A stretch of DNA of 53,612 nucleotides. Source: Chitinophagales bacterium. GTDB lineage: Bacteria; Bacteroidota; Bacteroidia; Chitinophagales; CAIOSU01. Of the stretch, positions 27,208-37,726 are shown piece after piece. Each line of letters opens with the position of its first letter. Within the stretch, counting starts at the first letter, position 1. The translations under genes were made by a program, and so were the position numbers. Under the pieces are notes generated by a model. The model did no database searches. It had not been told where the DNA came from and saw only the letters and a list, made by a program, of their open reading frames with translations. The stretch is taken from NCBI GenBank assembly GCA_041748615.1, contig JBGTCY010000290.1, positions 1 to 53,612 of the forward strand, written 5' to 3'.

Positions 27208-29565
27208 ATGAAAACAACCGACATGCGGGGTAATATATTACCCCCCCCCTCTAATGTGTATTTTTCATCTCTATTCAGGAAAATAGCAACGCTGCTGTTG
27301 ATTCTGTTTTTCAACATGAATGGATTCCGAACGTATGCTCAATGCACGGTAACTAACATTACAGGACATGTAGTATGGAATACTAACATGAATATTTTTA
27401 ATGAAATCAGAATTCAAAATGGAGCCACACTTTCCATAACTGGAAACATTCAAATTGTTTTTTGGAACAATAGCTGCGGCATAGTAGTAGAACCGGGTGG
27501 TTATCTGAACATTAATGATGGCGCGGTTTTGAAGCCAAGAAGCGGGTTGTGGAAAGGCATATATGCTAGAAGTATGGATTCCGGTGGTGTGCAAATAACA
27601 AATTCCACGATTGAGCGCGCCCAAATTGGCGTTCATCTGGAAGCCTATCTGCCAGCGCCTCCCTACATTTGGTATTCAGCGAGTATTTATGCTAATAACG
27701 CCACCTTTTTGAATAACCAAGTTGCAATCCATCAATACAATATTGTTTCTCCTTATTACGCTAATCCGAGTCATTTGATTAATTGTTCCTTTATTACAAA
27801 CATTAGTTCACCTTTGCAAAATCCGGTTAAATATATTGATTTAATTGCATCGGATGTGTTTAATATCACAGGATGCACTTTTACCAATAATACCAGTGGT
27901 TCCAGATTAGTTTATGCAATTGTAATTGACCACTCTAATAGAGAAGCTTTAATTGACGATTGCACTTTTAATAATGTTGAGAGAGGTGTATATATTACCG
28001 GAAATTCAGTTGTAAACACTGTAAAATACAGCTCATTCAACAATATCCCCGGGAATACAACACCAATTGTTTGGCAGGATAATAATGGCTGGTGGATTCA
28101 TGGCAGTAACTATGGCATTATGGCGGTAGCTACAAAGGCTAAAGTGCAGGACAATAACTTTGACGGTGACCCGCGCATATCCATCAACCATTGTCCCACC
28201 TATGGCACTGTGTTTGACAACACCGGCAGCGGTGGTTCTATCGCTTTCCGTAACAATTACCAAAATATTGATTACGGCTTTCAGTCGCAGAAAGATAACA
28301 CTGAGCTCGTAGTAAGTTGCAATCATTTTATCGGCTTTCAGCCTGACCCTTCGGCTACACTAAAACGATATGGCTGGCTCACGCAAGGCGGCACAGGTGC
28401 GTTTATGAGAGATCAGGGGACTATGCAAGGAACGGATCCAGATTGTTCGGCTGATGACCTGCAAGCAGGTAATGAATGGTCAACGCTATGCGTCAGTTCT
28501 ACGCATGATGTGGATATCCGGGTAAACGGAACCATTGTACCGTTTTATTATGCCTCGCATACAATTTTAGGCAGCACAGGGCAGGAACAGCCTAAGCCCA
28601 ATTGCAGCACTTCAGGCTGGAGGACAACATATTTAAAACCTTGTTTAAGCCCGTCACCAGGATATTCAAAAGGACCAAATTCTTGCGATGCACCATTTGC
28701 CTACCCGCCAGGAGTTTGGAAAACAGGAGGAAGCAAAGTGAGTATTTTGGATGACCCGGAAAAATATTTTGATGCCGCTGAAGATTATATCAGTTCCATT
28801 AATACAACAGCCAACTCCAATGCGTACATTTACTTTCGTGGCGCTATGCAATGGGCAAGCAACGAAGTAGTTACAAAACTGCTGACAGCAGGTGATGAGC
28901 GGGGTGCAATTGACTGGTTGGGCAAATCGCCTTTAGCGGAAGACGCCAGAGCATTGTGTGAAATCTATCTCAGGAAAAGGGATTTTGCCTCAGCGGAAGC
29001 GGCATTGACGGATTACCTGCAAAAAGTCAGTGGCAGTATTCAGCAACATGCTGAATATTCCGACTATTACAACGAAGATGCCCGGCAGTATGCCGAACTG
29101 ATTCGGCTGGTGATTGATATTTATACTGCGGAAAATGATGTAACGGGGTTGACGGACGAACAGCAGGCTTCGCTTGATGAATTTGTAAAACTGACATCTG
29201 AAACGGGCGTGAGAGCAAGAAGTTTTATCAGGTTGTTTGGCGGTGAAATGTATTTTTATGAGCCGATGCCTGTAACAGATGATGCAGAAAGCCATAAGAC
29301 TTCATTTGAACAAATACAATTCAAAATTTATCCCAACCCCTCAGATGGCTTTTTCCGGATTGAATACGAATACACTGATGAAATTGATTTGCTTGAATTT
29401 GTGCTTACGGATTTAGCCGGAAAAGAAGTAGCCAAAATCAATCTCCCCTTAGAAAATAAAGTATTGGAGATTAACAGCGCTCACTTTCAAAAGGGAATTT
29501 ACCTGTATTCCATATTGGAAAATGGAAGGCAAACTCAAGCAGGCAAACTCGTTTTTCTAAATTAA
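27208..29565 (+). CDS. T9SS type-A cargo with parallel beta-helix-like region
   Basis: Signal peptide (TYAQ); Asn-rich repeats (ITGCTFTNN, IDDCTFNN); helical region; C-terminal IYPNPS...GIYLY. TACATTTG box at 27112-27119. Confidence 0.75.
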   Translation: MKTTDMRGNILPPPSNVYFSSLFRKIATLLLILFFNMNGFRTYAQCTVTNITGHVVWNTNMNIFNEIRIQNGATLSITGNIQIVFWNNSCGIVVEPGGYLNINDGAVLKPRSGLWKGIYARSMDSGGVQITNSTIERAQIGVHLEAYLPAPPYIWYSASIYANNATFLNNQVAIHQYNIVSPYYANPSHLINCSFITNISSPLQNPVKYIDLIASDVFNITGCTFTNNTSGSRLVYAIVIDHSNREALIDDCTFNNVERGVYITGNSVVNTVKYSSFNNIPGNTTPIVWQDNNGWWIHGSNYGIMAVATKAKVQDNNFDGDPRISINHCPTYGTVFDNTGSGGSIAFRNNYQNIDYGFQSQKDNTELVVSCNHFIGFQPDPSATLKRYGWLTQGGTGAFMRDQGTMQGTDPDCSADDLQAGNEWSTLCVSSTHDVDIRVNGTIVPFYYASHTILGSTGQEQPKPNCSTSGWRTTYLKPCLSPSPGYSKGPNSCDAPFAYPPGVWKTGGSKVSILDDPEKYFDAAEDYISSINTTANSNAYIYFRGAMQWASNEVVTKLLTAGDERGAIDWLGKSPLAEDARALCEIYLRKRDFASAEAALTDYLQKVSGSIQQHAEYSDYYNEDARQYAELIRLVIDIYTAENDVTGLTDEQQASLDEFVKLTSETGVRARSFIRLFGGEMYFYEPMPVTDDAESHKTSFEQIQFKIYPNPSDGFFRIEYEYTDEIDLLEFVLTDLAGKEVAKINLPLENKVLEINSAHFQKGIYLYSILENGRQTQAGKLVFLN

Positions 29566-29577
29566 TTTTTTTTAACC

Positions 29578-29611
29578 AAAGCAGCGGACTGTTTGTTCAG
29601 TCCGCTGCTTT
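29578..29611. terminator. GC-rich stem-loop between tandem T9SS cargo genes
   Basis: AAAGCAGCGGACT-GTTTGTTC-AGTCCGCTGCTTT. Confidence 0.65.
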
Positions 29612-29625
29612 ACCTTTATGTATAT

Positions 29626-31347
29626 ATGAAATATATAATTTTATTTCTCCTCATATTTAATCAGGCTTACGCTCAATACTTTGTAAAGAAACCAATCAGT
29701 TTGGGAGTTGATAAAGCTGATGGCGCTTTTTCAATCAGAGAAACATCTCGGGGAAACTTTCTCTTGAGCGGCAGTAGTTACTTTTTTAATCCTAACCCTG
29801 TTACTTCGGGAATATGTTTGCAGGTAGATTCACAAGGTATCATCATTGATACGTTGGAATATAACCATAATAGTTTTGGATTAGATGTGATTTTTGATGC
29901 CATTGATTTACAGAATCATCTCTGGCTTTTAGGTCGTTTTTACTCGCCCGGAAAAAATGATTATGATACCTATCTGATAAAGTCGGATACCAATCTTCGC
30001 CCATTATCTATATATGTATATGATTTCGGGTATGCCGAGGAGATGAGGTTTTTGTTCATTGACACTATCGATAATACATTATTATTACTAGGATATGAAT
30101 ATCATAACCCGGAAATGGACAGTAGCCAAATTATACTAGCTAAAATTGATACAGCCGGTAACGTGCTGATGAAAAAAGAATATGGAGGTCCCGGTTATGA
30201 TTTTGCCTACCACATGCTGTTTCTGCCTGATGGCGGGTATATGCTGACTGGTGAAATGACCGCCCATCCATACCCTAATAATACAGTGAAAAATTTATTC
30301 ATATTGAAATTAGATACAGATTTTAATTACGAATGGTCAAAATACTACGGCTCTCAATATACCGATAGAGCAGGATTTTCACGGAATTCCATATTAACAG
30401 CAGATTCCGGTATCATTATGGTAGGGTGGCAACATGTGCTAAACCACCCAACTTACTACAAAATGGCGTATGTTTTTAAGGTTGATTTACAAGGTAATAT
30501 AATATGGGAAAAATATCATCGGGGTGGAAGTGGTCATTTTATAGTTGAGCATCACAGTATTTTGCCAACAACAGATGGTAATTTTTACATAACAGGATAT
30601 TTGAATGAGACTTTCAGTTCTTTACATACATGGGTAATGAAAATTGATATGGATGGAAATATTTTATGGGAAAGATTTCATAAAACAGGCATTCAGGATG
30701 ATTCACATTATGTATGGGACGCCACCCTCAATCCTCACGGAGGCGTAGCCATGACCGGCTTTGTCATCTATCAGGGTCCCCAATCCAACGACATCATCTT
30801 CATCACCACCGACAGTTGCGGCTACACCGATGGCGATGTTGCCAGCGCGGAGTTGTTTTATGAAGGATTGAATGCCATCACCTACCGCTTCATGAATAAC
30901 GGCTCACAATACTGCTCCACCCATTGGAATTTCGGTGACGGTACATCATCCAACTTGCCGCAATACACCCACACTTATACTGCACCCGGGACTTACACCG
31001 TCACCCTCACCTCCCGCGCGGGCAACGCGGTGGATGTAAAAACCGCCATCGTCAAAATTCCCGATGTGTTCAATAGCATAGAGGAAACACAACTGGCTGC
31101 TCTCAGCCTGTACCCCAACCCGGCTTCTACGCAACTCAAGCTTTCCGGCAGTTTGCCGCTTTCAGCCGGTGAAGCTGTTTTCGAACTGTTCAACACCGCG
31201 GGCAAAACCGTGTTGTCAACTTCCCTGCCGACAGGTGACATCAGCCAAAATATCAACATCCGCCATTTGCCGGAAGGATTGTACGGCTACCGCATCATCA
31301 GCGAAAAACGGATGTGGCATTCGGGCAGGGTAGCGGTGGTGAGGTGA
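29626..31347 (+). CDS. T9SS type-A cargo with propeller-like repeats and a PKD domain
   Basis: MKYIILFLLIFNQAYAQ signal (start moved from 29593); repeated K.D..GN..W.K.YG units; WNFGDG...HTY..PGTYTVTL; LYPNPA sorting domain. Confidence 0.8.
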   Translation: MKYIILFLLIFNQAYAQYFVKKPISLGVDKADGAFSIRETSRGNFLLSGSSYFFNPNPVTSGICLQVDSQGIIIDTLEYNHNSFGLDVIFDAIDLQNHLWLLGRFYSPGKNDYDTYLIKSDTNLRPLSIYVYDFGYAEEMRFLFIDTIDNTLLLLGYEYHNPEMDSSQIILAKIDTAGNVLMKKEYGGPGYDFAYHMLFLPDGGYMLTGEMTAHPYPNNTVKNLFILKLDTDFNYEWSKYYGSQYTDRAGFSRNSILTADSGIIMVGWQHVLNHPTYYKMAYVFKVDLQGNIIWEKYHRGGSGHFIVEHHSILPTTDGNFYITGYLNETFSSLHTWVMKIDMDGNILWERFHKTGIQDDSHYVWDATLNPHGGVAMTGFVIYQGPQSNDIIFITTDSCGYTDGDVASAELFYEGLNAITYRFMNNGSQYCSTHWNFGDGTSSNLPQYTHTYTAPGTYTVTLTSRAGNAVDVKTAIVKIPDVFNSIEETQLAALSLYPNPASTQLKLSGSLPLSAGEAVFELFNTAGKTVLSTSLPTGDISQNINIRHLPEGLYGYRIISEKRMWHSGRVAVVR

Positions 31348-31432
31348 GGAAAATAAATTTTACAAAACAGAATTTGTTAGCCTCAGTGCAGATTTAATCA
31401 TGAGAAACAAACAGGCTACGGACAGGATAGAA

Positions 31433-31645
31433 TCAATCTGAAATATCAAACCTATTCCTGACTCTAACGCTTTTCATTCTTTTGTTCCGCCTCACATTTT
31501 TCATCAATTTTGGGAAATCTTTCTCTTCAAATTCAAGAATAAAATTGTCCGGCAGTTTATCAAGCAATTCCGGCTGCTCTATCAGTTGGTAAACAAAGTC
31601 AAATGTCAAACCTAAGTTTCTACGGATTGTATCTTTGTTTGTCAT
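31433..31645 (-). CDS. Small protein resembling DUF5647 family
   Basis: MTNKDTIRRNLGLTFDFV...LPDNFILEFEEKDF resembles that family from recall; A-rich start context. Confidence 0.55.
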   Translation of the reverse strand: MTNKDTIRRNLGLTFDFVYQLIEQPELLDKLPDNFILEFEEKDFPKLMKNVRRNKRMKSVRVRNRFDISD

Positions 31646-31718
31646 TTTTCCTAAAAATCGTTCCTTGATAAACCCGGTCTTTTTATTTAGTAGCTTTCCA
31701 AAATAACTTCCCTAAGTC

Positions 31719-31746
31719 GTCTAACATCTAAAGTCTAAAATCTGAC
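31719..31746. repeat. Degenerate heptamer tandem repeat (RTCTAAA type)
   Basis: GTCTAAC ATCTAAA GTCTAAA ATCTGAC; related arrays at 26782-26802 and 53537-53612. Confidence 0.65.
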
Positions 31747-31806
31747 AGCAGATAGCACAAGATGATGCTTTTTTGACAACATTACTTACGAATCAAATCA
31801 GCGGAT

Positions 31807-33141
31807 TTACAACACCACATCCCTCGCATTAGCTTCAGACTTTTGCAGTTTTTTACCAAAATTGGCATCAAGCACATTGCGCACCGCGCCATACTGCCTG
31901 AATTTGCGCATCATCGCCTCTTTCAATCCCGAATGCGTGATTTTGGTCACGTTGTTCGAGATGGTGTAGCAATAGTCAACGAGTATTCCCGAAAGGTCTT
32001 TGTAATAAGAAATGAAAGCATCTTCATCTTCTTTGTTGACGACTTGTTTTTTGCTTGTAGGGTCTTCGGATGTTCCCACATAAGGCTGGTTTCTTTTCAC
32101 ATCTTCAAAAAATGAAGCCACATCTTTGAGCGGCATCAAATATTTCAGATTGGATGAAATGGCTTTGCCCATGTCGGCATCGCCCATCGCTTCAAAAGAA
32201 GCTTTTGCATTGGTGTAATCCAAATCAAAAAGTTGTTCAAAAGCCAGAGCGCGCGAGGCTTTTTGCTGTTTACCGGATTTTTGATAAAAGCCTGCCGCTA
32301 AGTTGAAGTTGTTTCTTTTTTCCGCGTCATCTCCCAGCGCGGCAAGGGCGTCATAGTCCTTTTTTTCAATGTACATTTCACCCACGCGCGCATACAGCGC
32401 GTCACCATCGGAGATTTCACCGTTGTCATAGAGTTTGTCCGCATACTTTTTGATGCCTTCTGCAATCATCCCTTTGTCATAAGCGGTGAAGGCGTCATTA
32501 TATTCGCCCGCGTTGAAGTAGAGGTCGCCCGCTTTTTTATAGCCTTCTTCAGTATCCAATTTCATGTAAACTTCAGCCGCTTTGGTGAGTTTTTTCTCCG
32601 CGATGTATTCATTGGCGATTTTATCCACTTTCGCGGTGATTTTTCCCTGCGCGTAATAATCAGCGGCTTTCATATAATGTTCTTTGCCTTTCGTGTAGTA
32701 GGCATCTCCAGCAGCTTCATACCCTTCGGCAGCGGCTCCCCCTTTTGAAAAATAGTCAATAGCTTTTTTCATCGTTTTCGCTTCATTCTTCGGGTCGTCA
32801 AATGCCAGCTCTATCATTTTATGACCGGTTTTTACATAACCTTCATTTTTGTCGGCTTTATCTGTGCGCATGTAAAATTTTACCGCGTTATTGATATCGC
32901 CCTCCTCCAGATATGAATCGGCAATTTTGACGTACTCGCTTTTATCCAATCTTGCTGACATGATGAGCGCTGCTGCCTTGTTGTAGAGTTCGTTTTTCTT
33001 TGCGACATCCGTGGTTTGTTTTGCTTTGGCAATGTAATCATCCACTTTCGCTACGTTTTTATCCTGCGCCTCCGCTGCGCTGAACAGAAATACAAAAAGA
33101 AGCATGGACAAGAGCGATTTGAAATGAAAAGTGTTTTTCAT
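31807..33141 (-). CDS. Exported alpha-solenoid (TPR/SNAP-like) protein
   Basis: Signal peptide (AEAQ); repeated KA(A/G)..Y...G helices. Confidence 0.7.
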   Translation of the reverse strand: MKNTFHFKSLLSMLLFVFLFSAAEAQDKNVAKVDDYIAKAKQTTDVAKKNELYNKAAALIMSARLDKSEYVKIADSYLEEGDINNAVKFYMRTDKADKNEGYVKTGHKMIELAFDDPKNEAKTMKKAIDYFSKGGAAAEGYEAAGDAYYTKGKEHYMKAADYYAQGKITAKVDKIANEYIAEKKLTKAAEVYMKLDTEEGYKKAGDLYFNAGEYNDAFTAYDKGMIAEGIKKYADKLYDNGEISDGDALYARVGEMYIEKKDYDALAALGDDAEKRNNFNLAAGFYQKSGKQQKASRALAFEQLFDLDYTNAKASFEAMGDADMGKAISSNLKYLMPLKDVASFFEDVKRNQPYVGTSEDPTSKKQVVNKEDEDAFISYYKDLSGILVDYCYTISNNVTKITHSGLKEAMMRKFRQYGAVRNVLDANFGKKLQKSEANARDVVL

Positions 33142-33201
33142 GGCGATGGGGTTTTATGTTTGATTTGGAAAATATAGACATATTTTTGTGTTTTTTGAAA
33201 A

Positions 33202-34194
33202 ATGTTTTATTCTTTTATTATTCCGGTTTACAACCGCCCTGAAGAAATTGCCGAGTTATTGGAGAGCCTTTCGAGGCAGACTTTCCGGAATTTTGAAGCG
33301 CTGGTGATTGATGACGGCTCTTCGGAAAAGTCTGAAACCGTAGTTGCTTCGTTCAATGAAAGATTAAACATTTCTTATTTCTTCAAGGAAAATACAGGAC
33401 AGGGATTCACCCGCAACTTTGGTTTTGAGCGCGCGAAAGGCGACTTTTTCATCATCCTTGATTCGGATTGTATTTTGCCGGAGCATTATCTGGAAGTGGT
33501 AAACCGGCAATTGGAAAATGTTTATTTGGATGCCTATGGTGGTCCTGACCGGGCGCATCCTTCATTCACCGCGGTGCAGAAAGCCATCAATTATTCCATG
33601 ACTTCGCTGTTCACCACAGGCGGAATCCGCGGGAATAAACGGCATCTCGGTCCCTATCATCCGAGAAGTTTCAATATGGGTATTTCGCGAAAAGTCTATG
33701 AATCAACGGGCGGATTCATCATCTCCCGATTGGGGGAAGATATTGAATTCAGCATCAGAATCATCAATCAGGGTTTCAAAACAGGGTTTATTGAAGAAGC
33801 CTTTGTGTATCATAAAAGAAGAACCGACCTGTCCCGTTTTTTTCAACCACTTCAGTTTTTCGGTCAAGCGCGTATCAACATTTATACATTATATAAAAAC
33901 GAATTAAAAGCGGTTCACTTTTTTCCAGCGATGTTCACACTCGGACAAATCCTGTTGTGTTTGCTGGGGTTATTTTTTTTCAAAGTCTTTTTAGTTTTCT
34001 TTTTCTTTAATCTTGCTTACGCCTTATTGATTTTCACGGATTCTTTTTTTCAAAACAAAAATATCAAAGTCGCGTTTCTCAGCATTGCCGCAGCGTATGT
34101 GCAGCTCATTGCTTACGGAACGGGGTTTATGCGGGAATTTTGGAAACGAATCATCCTGAAAAAAAATCACAACATTCACCAATATCCATCCTGA
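33202..34194 (+). CDS. Glycosyltransferase family 2
   Basis: SFIIPVYNR, IDDGS, LDSDC, GEDIEF, C-terminal TMs; TATTTTTG box at 33181-33188. Confidence 0.9.
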   Translation: MFYSFIIPVYNRPEEIAELLESLSRQTFRNFEALVIDDGSSEKSETVVASFNERLNISYFFKENTGQGFTRNFGFERAKGDFFIILDSDCILPEHYLEVVNRQLENVYLDAYGGPDRAHPSFTAVQKAINYSMTSLFTTGGIRGNKRHLGPYHPRSFNMGISRKVYESTGGFIISRLGEDIEFSIRIINQGFKTGFIEEAFVYHKRRTDLSRFFQPLQFFGQARINIYTLYKNELKAVHFFPAMFTLGQILLCLLGLFFFKVFLVFFFFNLAYALLIFTDSFFQNKNIKVAFLSIAAAYVQLIAYGTGFMREFWKRIILKKNHNIHQYPS

Positions 34195-34784
34195 TGAACG
34201 AAAAGATAAAACACATTGAAGCTATCCTTAAGGAATCCGCAGCGGTCAATGAAAAATTGCTGAACAATGCAAAATTGCTCAACATGACCGAGTCGGTTGT
34301 GAAAGCAATGGTTCAAATCTTCAAGTCGGGCGGGAAAGTTTTATTGTGCGGAAACGGGGGCAGCGCAGCGGATGCACAGCATATTGCAGCGGAATTGTCC
34401 GGTAAGTTTTTACTCAACCGCGATCCTTTATTTGCCGAAGCGTTGCATGTCAATACTTCCTACCTGACCGCTACCGCCAATGATTTTTCATTCGATGAAG
34501 TTTACAGCCGCTTAGTGCGCGCCAAAGGGAAAAAGGGCGATATGCTGATTGGCATTTCCACTTCCGGCAATTCGATGAATATTGTGAAAGCGCTTGCGGA
34601 AGCGAGAAAAAAAGAAATGACTACGGTGGGCATGACTGGAGAGCGGCAATCAAAGGCGGATGCTTACTGCGATTTTTTAATCAAAGTGCCAACTGAAAAC
34701 ACTCCCCGTGTGCAGGAAGCGCACATCTTGATTGGTCATATTCTTTGCGAAATAGTGGAGAAAGAATTGTTCGGACAATCCTGA
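34194..34784 (+). CDS. gmhA: Phosphoheptose isomerase (SIS domain)
   Basis: CGNGGSAADAQH, ISTSGNS, RVQEAH; start trimmed to the ATG sharing a base with the GT2 stop (TGATG). Confidence 0.9.
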   Translation: MNEKIKHIEAILKESAAVNEKLLNNAKLLNMTESVVKAMVQIFKSGGKVLLCGNGGSAADAQHIAAELSGKFLLNRDPLFAEALHVNTSYLTATANDFSFDEVYSRLVRAKGKKGDMLIGISTSGNSMNIVKALAEARKKEMTTVGMTGERQSKADAYCDFLIKVPTENTPRVQEAHILIGHILCEIVEKELFGQS

Positions 34785-34909
34785 AACAATTTTTTTTCAG
34801 AAATTCCGTCAACATTTTTTCAAGATGGTTGTTAATTCGATGATGAAAAAAATGTTTCAATTCCAACCTGTAATCTTATTTTCGCATTCAAATTAAGAAC
34901 TACAGCAAA

Positions 34910-35695
34910 ATGAACATCAGCGCATTTATCACTTCTTCCATCGGCAGGAAACTTCTCATGAGCCTTACGGGGCTTTTTTTATGCACTTTTCTGCTGACAC
35001 ACCTTGTGGGCAATCTGCAATTATTTTATCAGGACAGCGGTTACGCTTTTAATAATTACGCGGTTTTTATGACCACCAATCCTTTCATCAAAACCGTTTC
35101 CTACCTGTTATACTTCACCATCCTGTTTCACGCGGTGTGGGGATTTTATGTCACAGCCATCAACAAAAAAGCACGTCCGCAGGGATATGCCGTGAACGCG
35201 GGCAGCGCCAACAGTTCCATTTTCTCCCGCAACATGGCGGTGCTTGGCGTGTTTGTGCTTGTGTTTATTTCCGTGCATATGTCAAAATTCTGGTATCAAT
35301 ATAAGTTTGGCGACCTGCCTTACATCGCTTATGAAGAAAATTTTCAAACCGGTGAAATCAACTCCGCTGCACACCCGGCTATTACGGATAAAAAATTAGA
35401 ATATATGAAAAATGATTTCACGAAAGTGAGGGTCTTACGCGATTTATATAAAGAAGTTGCAACAACTTTCGGCAACAACATTCTATTCGTATTGTTTTAT
35501 GTGGTGTCTATGGTTGCTGTGTCTTTCCATCTCATTCATGGTTTTCAAAGCGGTTTTCAATCATTGGGATTGAATCACAAAAAATATACGCCTGCCATCA
35601 AAGCGGTGAGCTTGTGGGGTTTTGGCGTCATCATCCCGCTGTTGTTCGCGCTGATGCCGTTGTATTTTTATTTCGGAAAAGACTTAATTAAATAA
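34910..35695 (+). CDS. sdhC: Succinate dehydrogenase cytochrome b subunit
   Basis: [27 protein letters not shown]; first gene of the sdh operon. Confidence 0.9.
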   Translation: MNISAFITSSIGRKLLMSLTGLFLCTFLLTHLVGNLQLFYQDSGYAFNNYAVFMTTNPFIKTVSYLLYFTILFHAVWGFYVTAINKKARPQGYAVNAGSANSSIFSRNMAVLGVFVLVFISVHMSKFWYQYKFGDLPYIAYEENFQTGEINSAAHPAITDKKLEYMKNDFTKVRVLRDLYKEVATTFGNNILFVLFYVVSMVAVSFHLIHGFQSGFQSLGLNHKKYTPAIKAVSLWGFGVIIPLLFALMPLYFYFGKDLIK

Positions 35696-35700
35696 TTCAT

Positions 35701-37638
35701 ATGGCTGAACTAAACTCAAAGATTCCGGAAGGACCGGTTGGTGAAAAATGGACGAACTACAAGCGTTCTGTAAAGCTCGTGAATCCGGCTAACAAAAGAA
35801 AATTGGAGGTGATTGTGGTGGGCACCGGTCTTGCGGGCGCTTCTGCCGCGGCAACGCTGGCGGAGTTGGGCTACCAAGTGAAGGCATTTTGTTTCCAGGA
35901 CTCACCGCGCAGGGCGCACTCGATAGCCGCGCAGGGCGGCATCAACGCGGCAAAAAATTACAAGAATGACGGTGATTCCGTTTTCCGGCTTTTTTATGAT
36001 ACTATCAAAGGAGGCGACTTTCGCGCACGCGAAGCAAATGTGCACCGACTCGCGGAAGTTTCGGTCAATATCATTGACCAATGCGTGGCTCAAGGCGTGC
36101 CTTTCGCACGGGAATATGGCGGATTGTTGGATAACCGCTCTTTTGGCGGAGCGCAGGTGAGCCGCACTTTTTATGCCCGCGGGCAAACAGGACAGCAGTT
36201 GTTGTTGGGCGCTTACCAGGCGCTCGAGCGTCAAATCGGGTTGGGAAATGTGCAGATGTTTTCCCGCCATGAAATGGTGGATGTGGTGATGATTGATGGA
36301 AAAGCGAGAGGCATCATCGCGAAAGATTTAGTGAGCGGAAAAATGGAACGCCATTTCGGTCATGCAGTGTTGCTTTGTTCGGGAGGATATGGAAACGTGT
36401 TTTTTCTTTCCACCAATGCGATGGGCAGCAACTGTACCGCCATTTGGAAAGCGCATAAAAAAGGCGCTTATTTCGCCAATCCCTGCTACACTCAGATTCA
36501 CCCTACCTGCATTCCCGTAACCGGTGAATACCAGTCGAAACTGACGCTCATGTCAGAGTCATTACGCAATGACGGACGCGTGTGGGTGCCGAAATCAAAG
36601 GAAGATGCGAAAGCGATTCGTGAAGGTAAAAAGCGAGCGGAGGACATCAAAGAGGAAGACCGCGATTATTATTTAGAAAGAAAATATCCATCGTATGGAA
36701 ATCTCAGCCCGCGCGATATCGCATCCCGTGCCGCAAAGGAAGCCTGTGATGACGGCAGAGGAGTTGTTGCTTCCGGTTTCGGGGTTTTTCTGGATTTCAG
36801 CGATGCGATTCAACGGCTGGGTGTGGAAGTGGTGAAAGCGCGGTATGGCGAACTGTTCCCGATGTATCACAACATTACCGGGGAAGACCCGCTGAAAACA
36901 CCCATGAAAATTTATCCCGCGGTGCATTACACGATGGGCGGCATCTGGGTGGATTATGAATTGATGACCTCCATTCCCGGTCTTTTCTCATTGGGTGAAG
37001 CTAACTTCAGCGACCATGGCGCTAACCGGCTTGGCGCATCCGCTCTCATGCAGGGACTCGCGGATGGTTACTTTGTGATTCCATATACGATTGGAAATTA
37101 TCTGGCGGATGAAATTTTCACCAAACCGATTCCCACCAATCATCCCGAGTTTGACAAAGCGGAACAAACAGCGACTGAGCGGATGAAGCAGCTATTTAAC
37201 GTGAAAGGAAAACGCAGCGTGGACAGCTTTCACAAAGACCTCGGTCACATCATGTGGGAATATTGCGGGATGGCGCGTACAGCCGAAGGCTTGACCAAAG
37301 CGCGGAAATTGCTGCGCGATTTGCGCCAGGAGTTTTACAGCAATGTACGCATCCCCGGTGAACTGGAAGATTTTAACCCTGAATTAGACAAAGCGTCCCG
37401 CGTTGCGGATTTTATTGAGTTGGGCGAATTGATGGTGATTGATGCGCTGAACCGCAACGAATCCTGTGGCGGGCATTTCAGAGTGGAATTTCAGGATGAA
37501 GGTGAAGCGAAACGCGATGATGCGAATTACACTTACGTTGCCGCGTGGGAACATCAGGGCGTGGATGCCGAACCGGTGCTGCACAAGGAAGCATTGAAAT
37601 TTGAGAATGTGAAATTGCAAGTCAGAAGCTATAAATAA
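35701..37638 (+). CDS. sdhA: Succinate dehydrogenase/fumarate reductase flavoprotein
   Basis: [42 protein letters not shown]. Confidence 0.95.
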   Translation: MAELNSKIPEGPVGEKWTNYKRSVKLVNPANKRKLEVIVVGTGLAGASAAATLAELGYQVKAFCFQDSPRRAHSIAAQGGINAAKNYKNDGDSVFRLFYDTIKGGDFRAREANVHRLAEVSVNIIDQCVAQGVPFAREYGGLLDNRSFGGAQVSRTFYARGQTGQQLLLGAYQALERQIGLGNVQMFSRHEMVDVVMIDGKARGIIAKDLVSGKMERHFGHAVLLCSGGYGNVFFLSTNAMGSNCTAIWKAHKKGAYFANPCYTQIHPTCIPVTGEYQSKLTLMSESLRNDGRVWVPKSKEDAKAIREGKKRAEDIKEEDRDYYLERKYPSYGNLSPRDIASRAAKEACDDGRGVVASGFGVFLDFSDAIQRLGVEVVKARYGELFPMYHNITGEDPLKTPMKIYPAVHYTMGGIWVDYELMTSIPGLFSLGEANFSDHGANRLGASALMQGLADGYFVIPYTIGNYLADEIFTKPIPTNHPEFDKAEQTATERMKQLFNVKGKRSVDSFHKDLGHIMWEYCGMARTAEGLTKARKLLRDLRQEFYSNVRIPGELEDFNPELDKASRVADFIELGELMVIDALNRNESCGGHFRVEFQDEGEAKRDDANYTYVAAWEHQGVDAEPVLHKEALKFENVKLQVRSYK

Positions 37639-37726
37639 TCAATACACTGGTAGTTTTTAGGTAAGGGCTTTAGCCCTAACCCATAAAAAAACGAACTATT
37701 GAATAATCAGAAATAAAGAAAATCAC

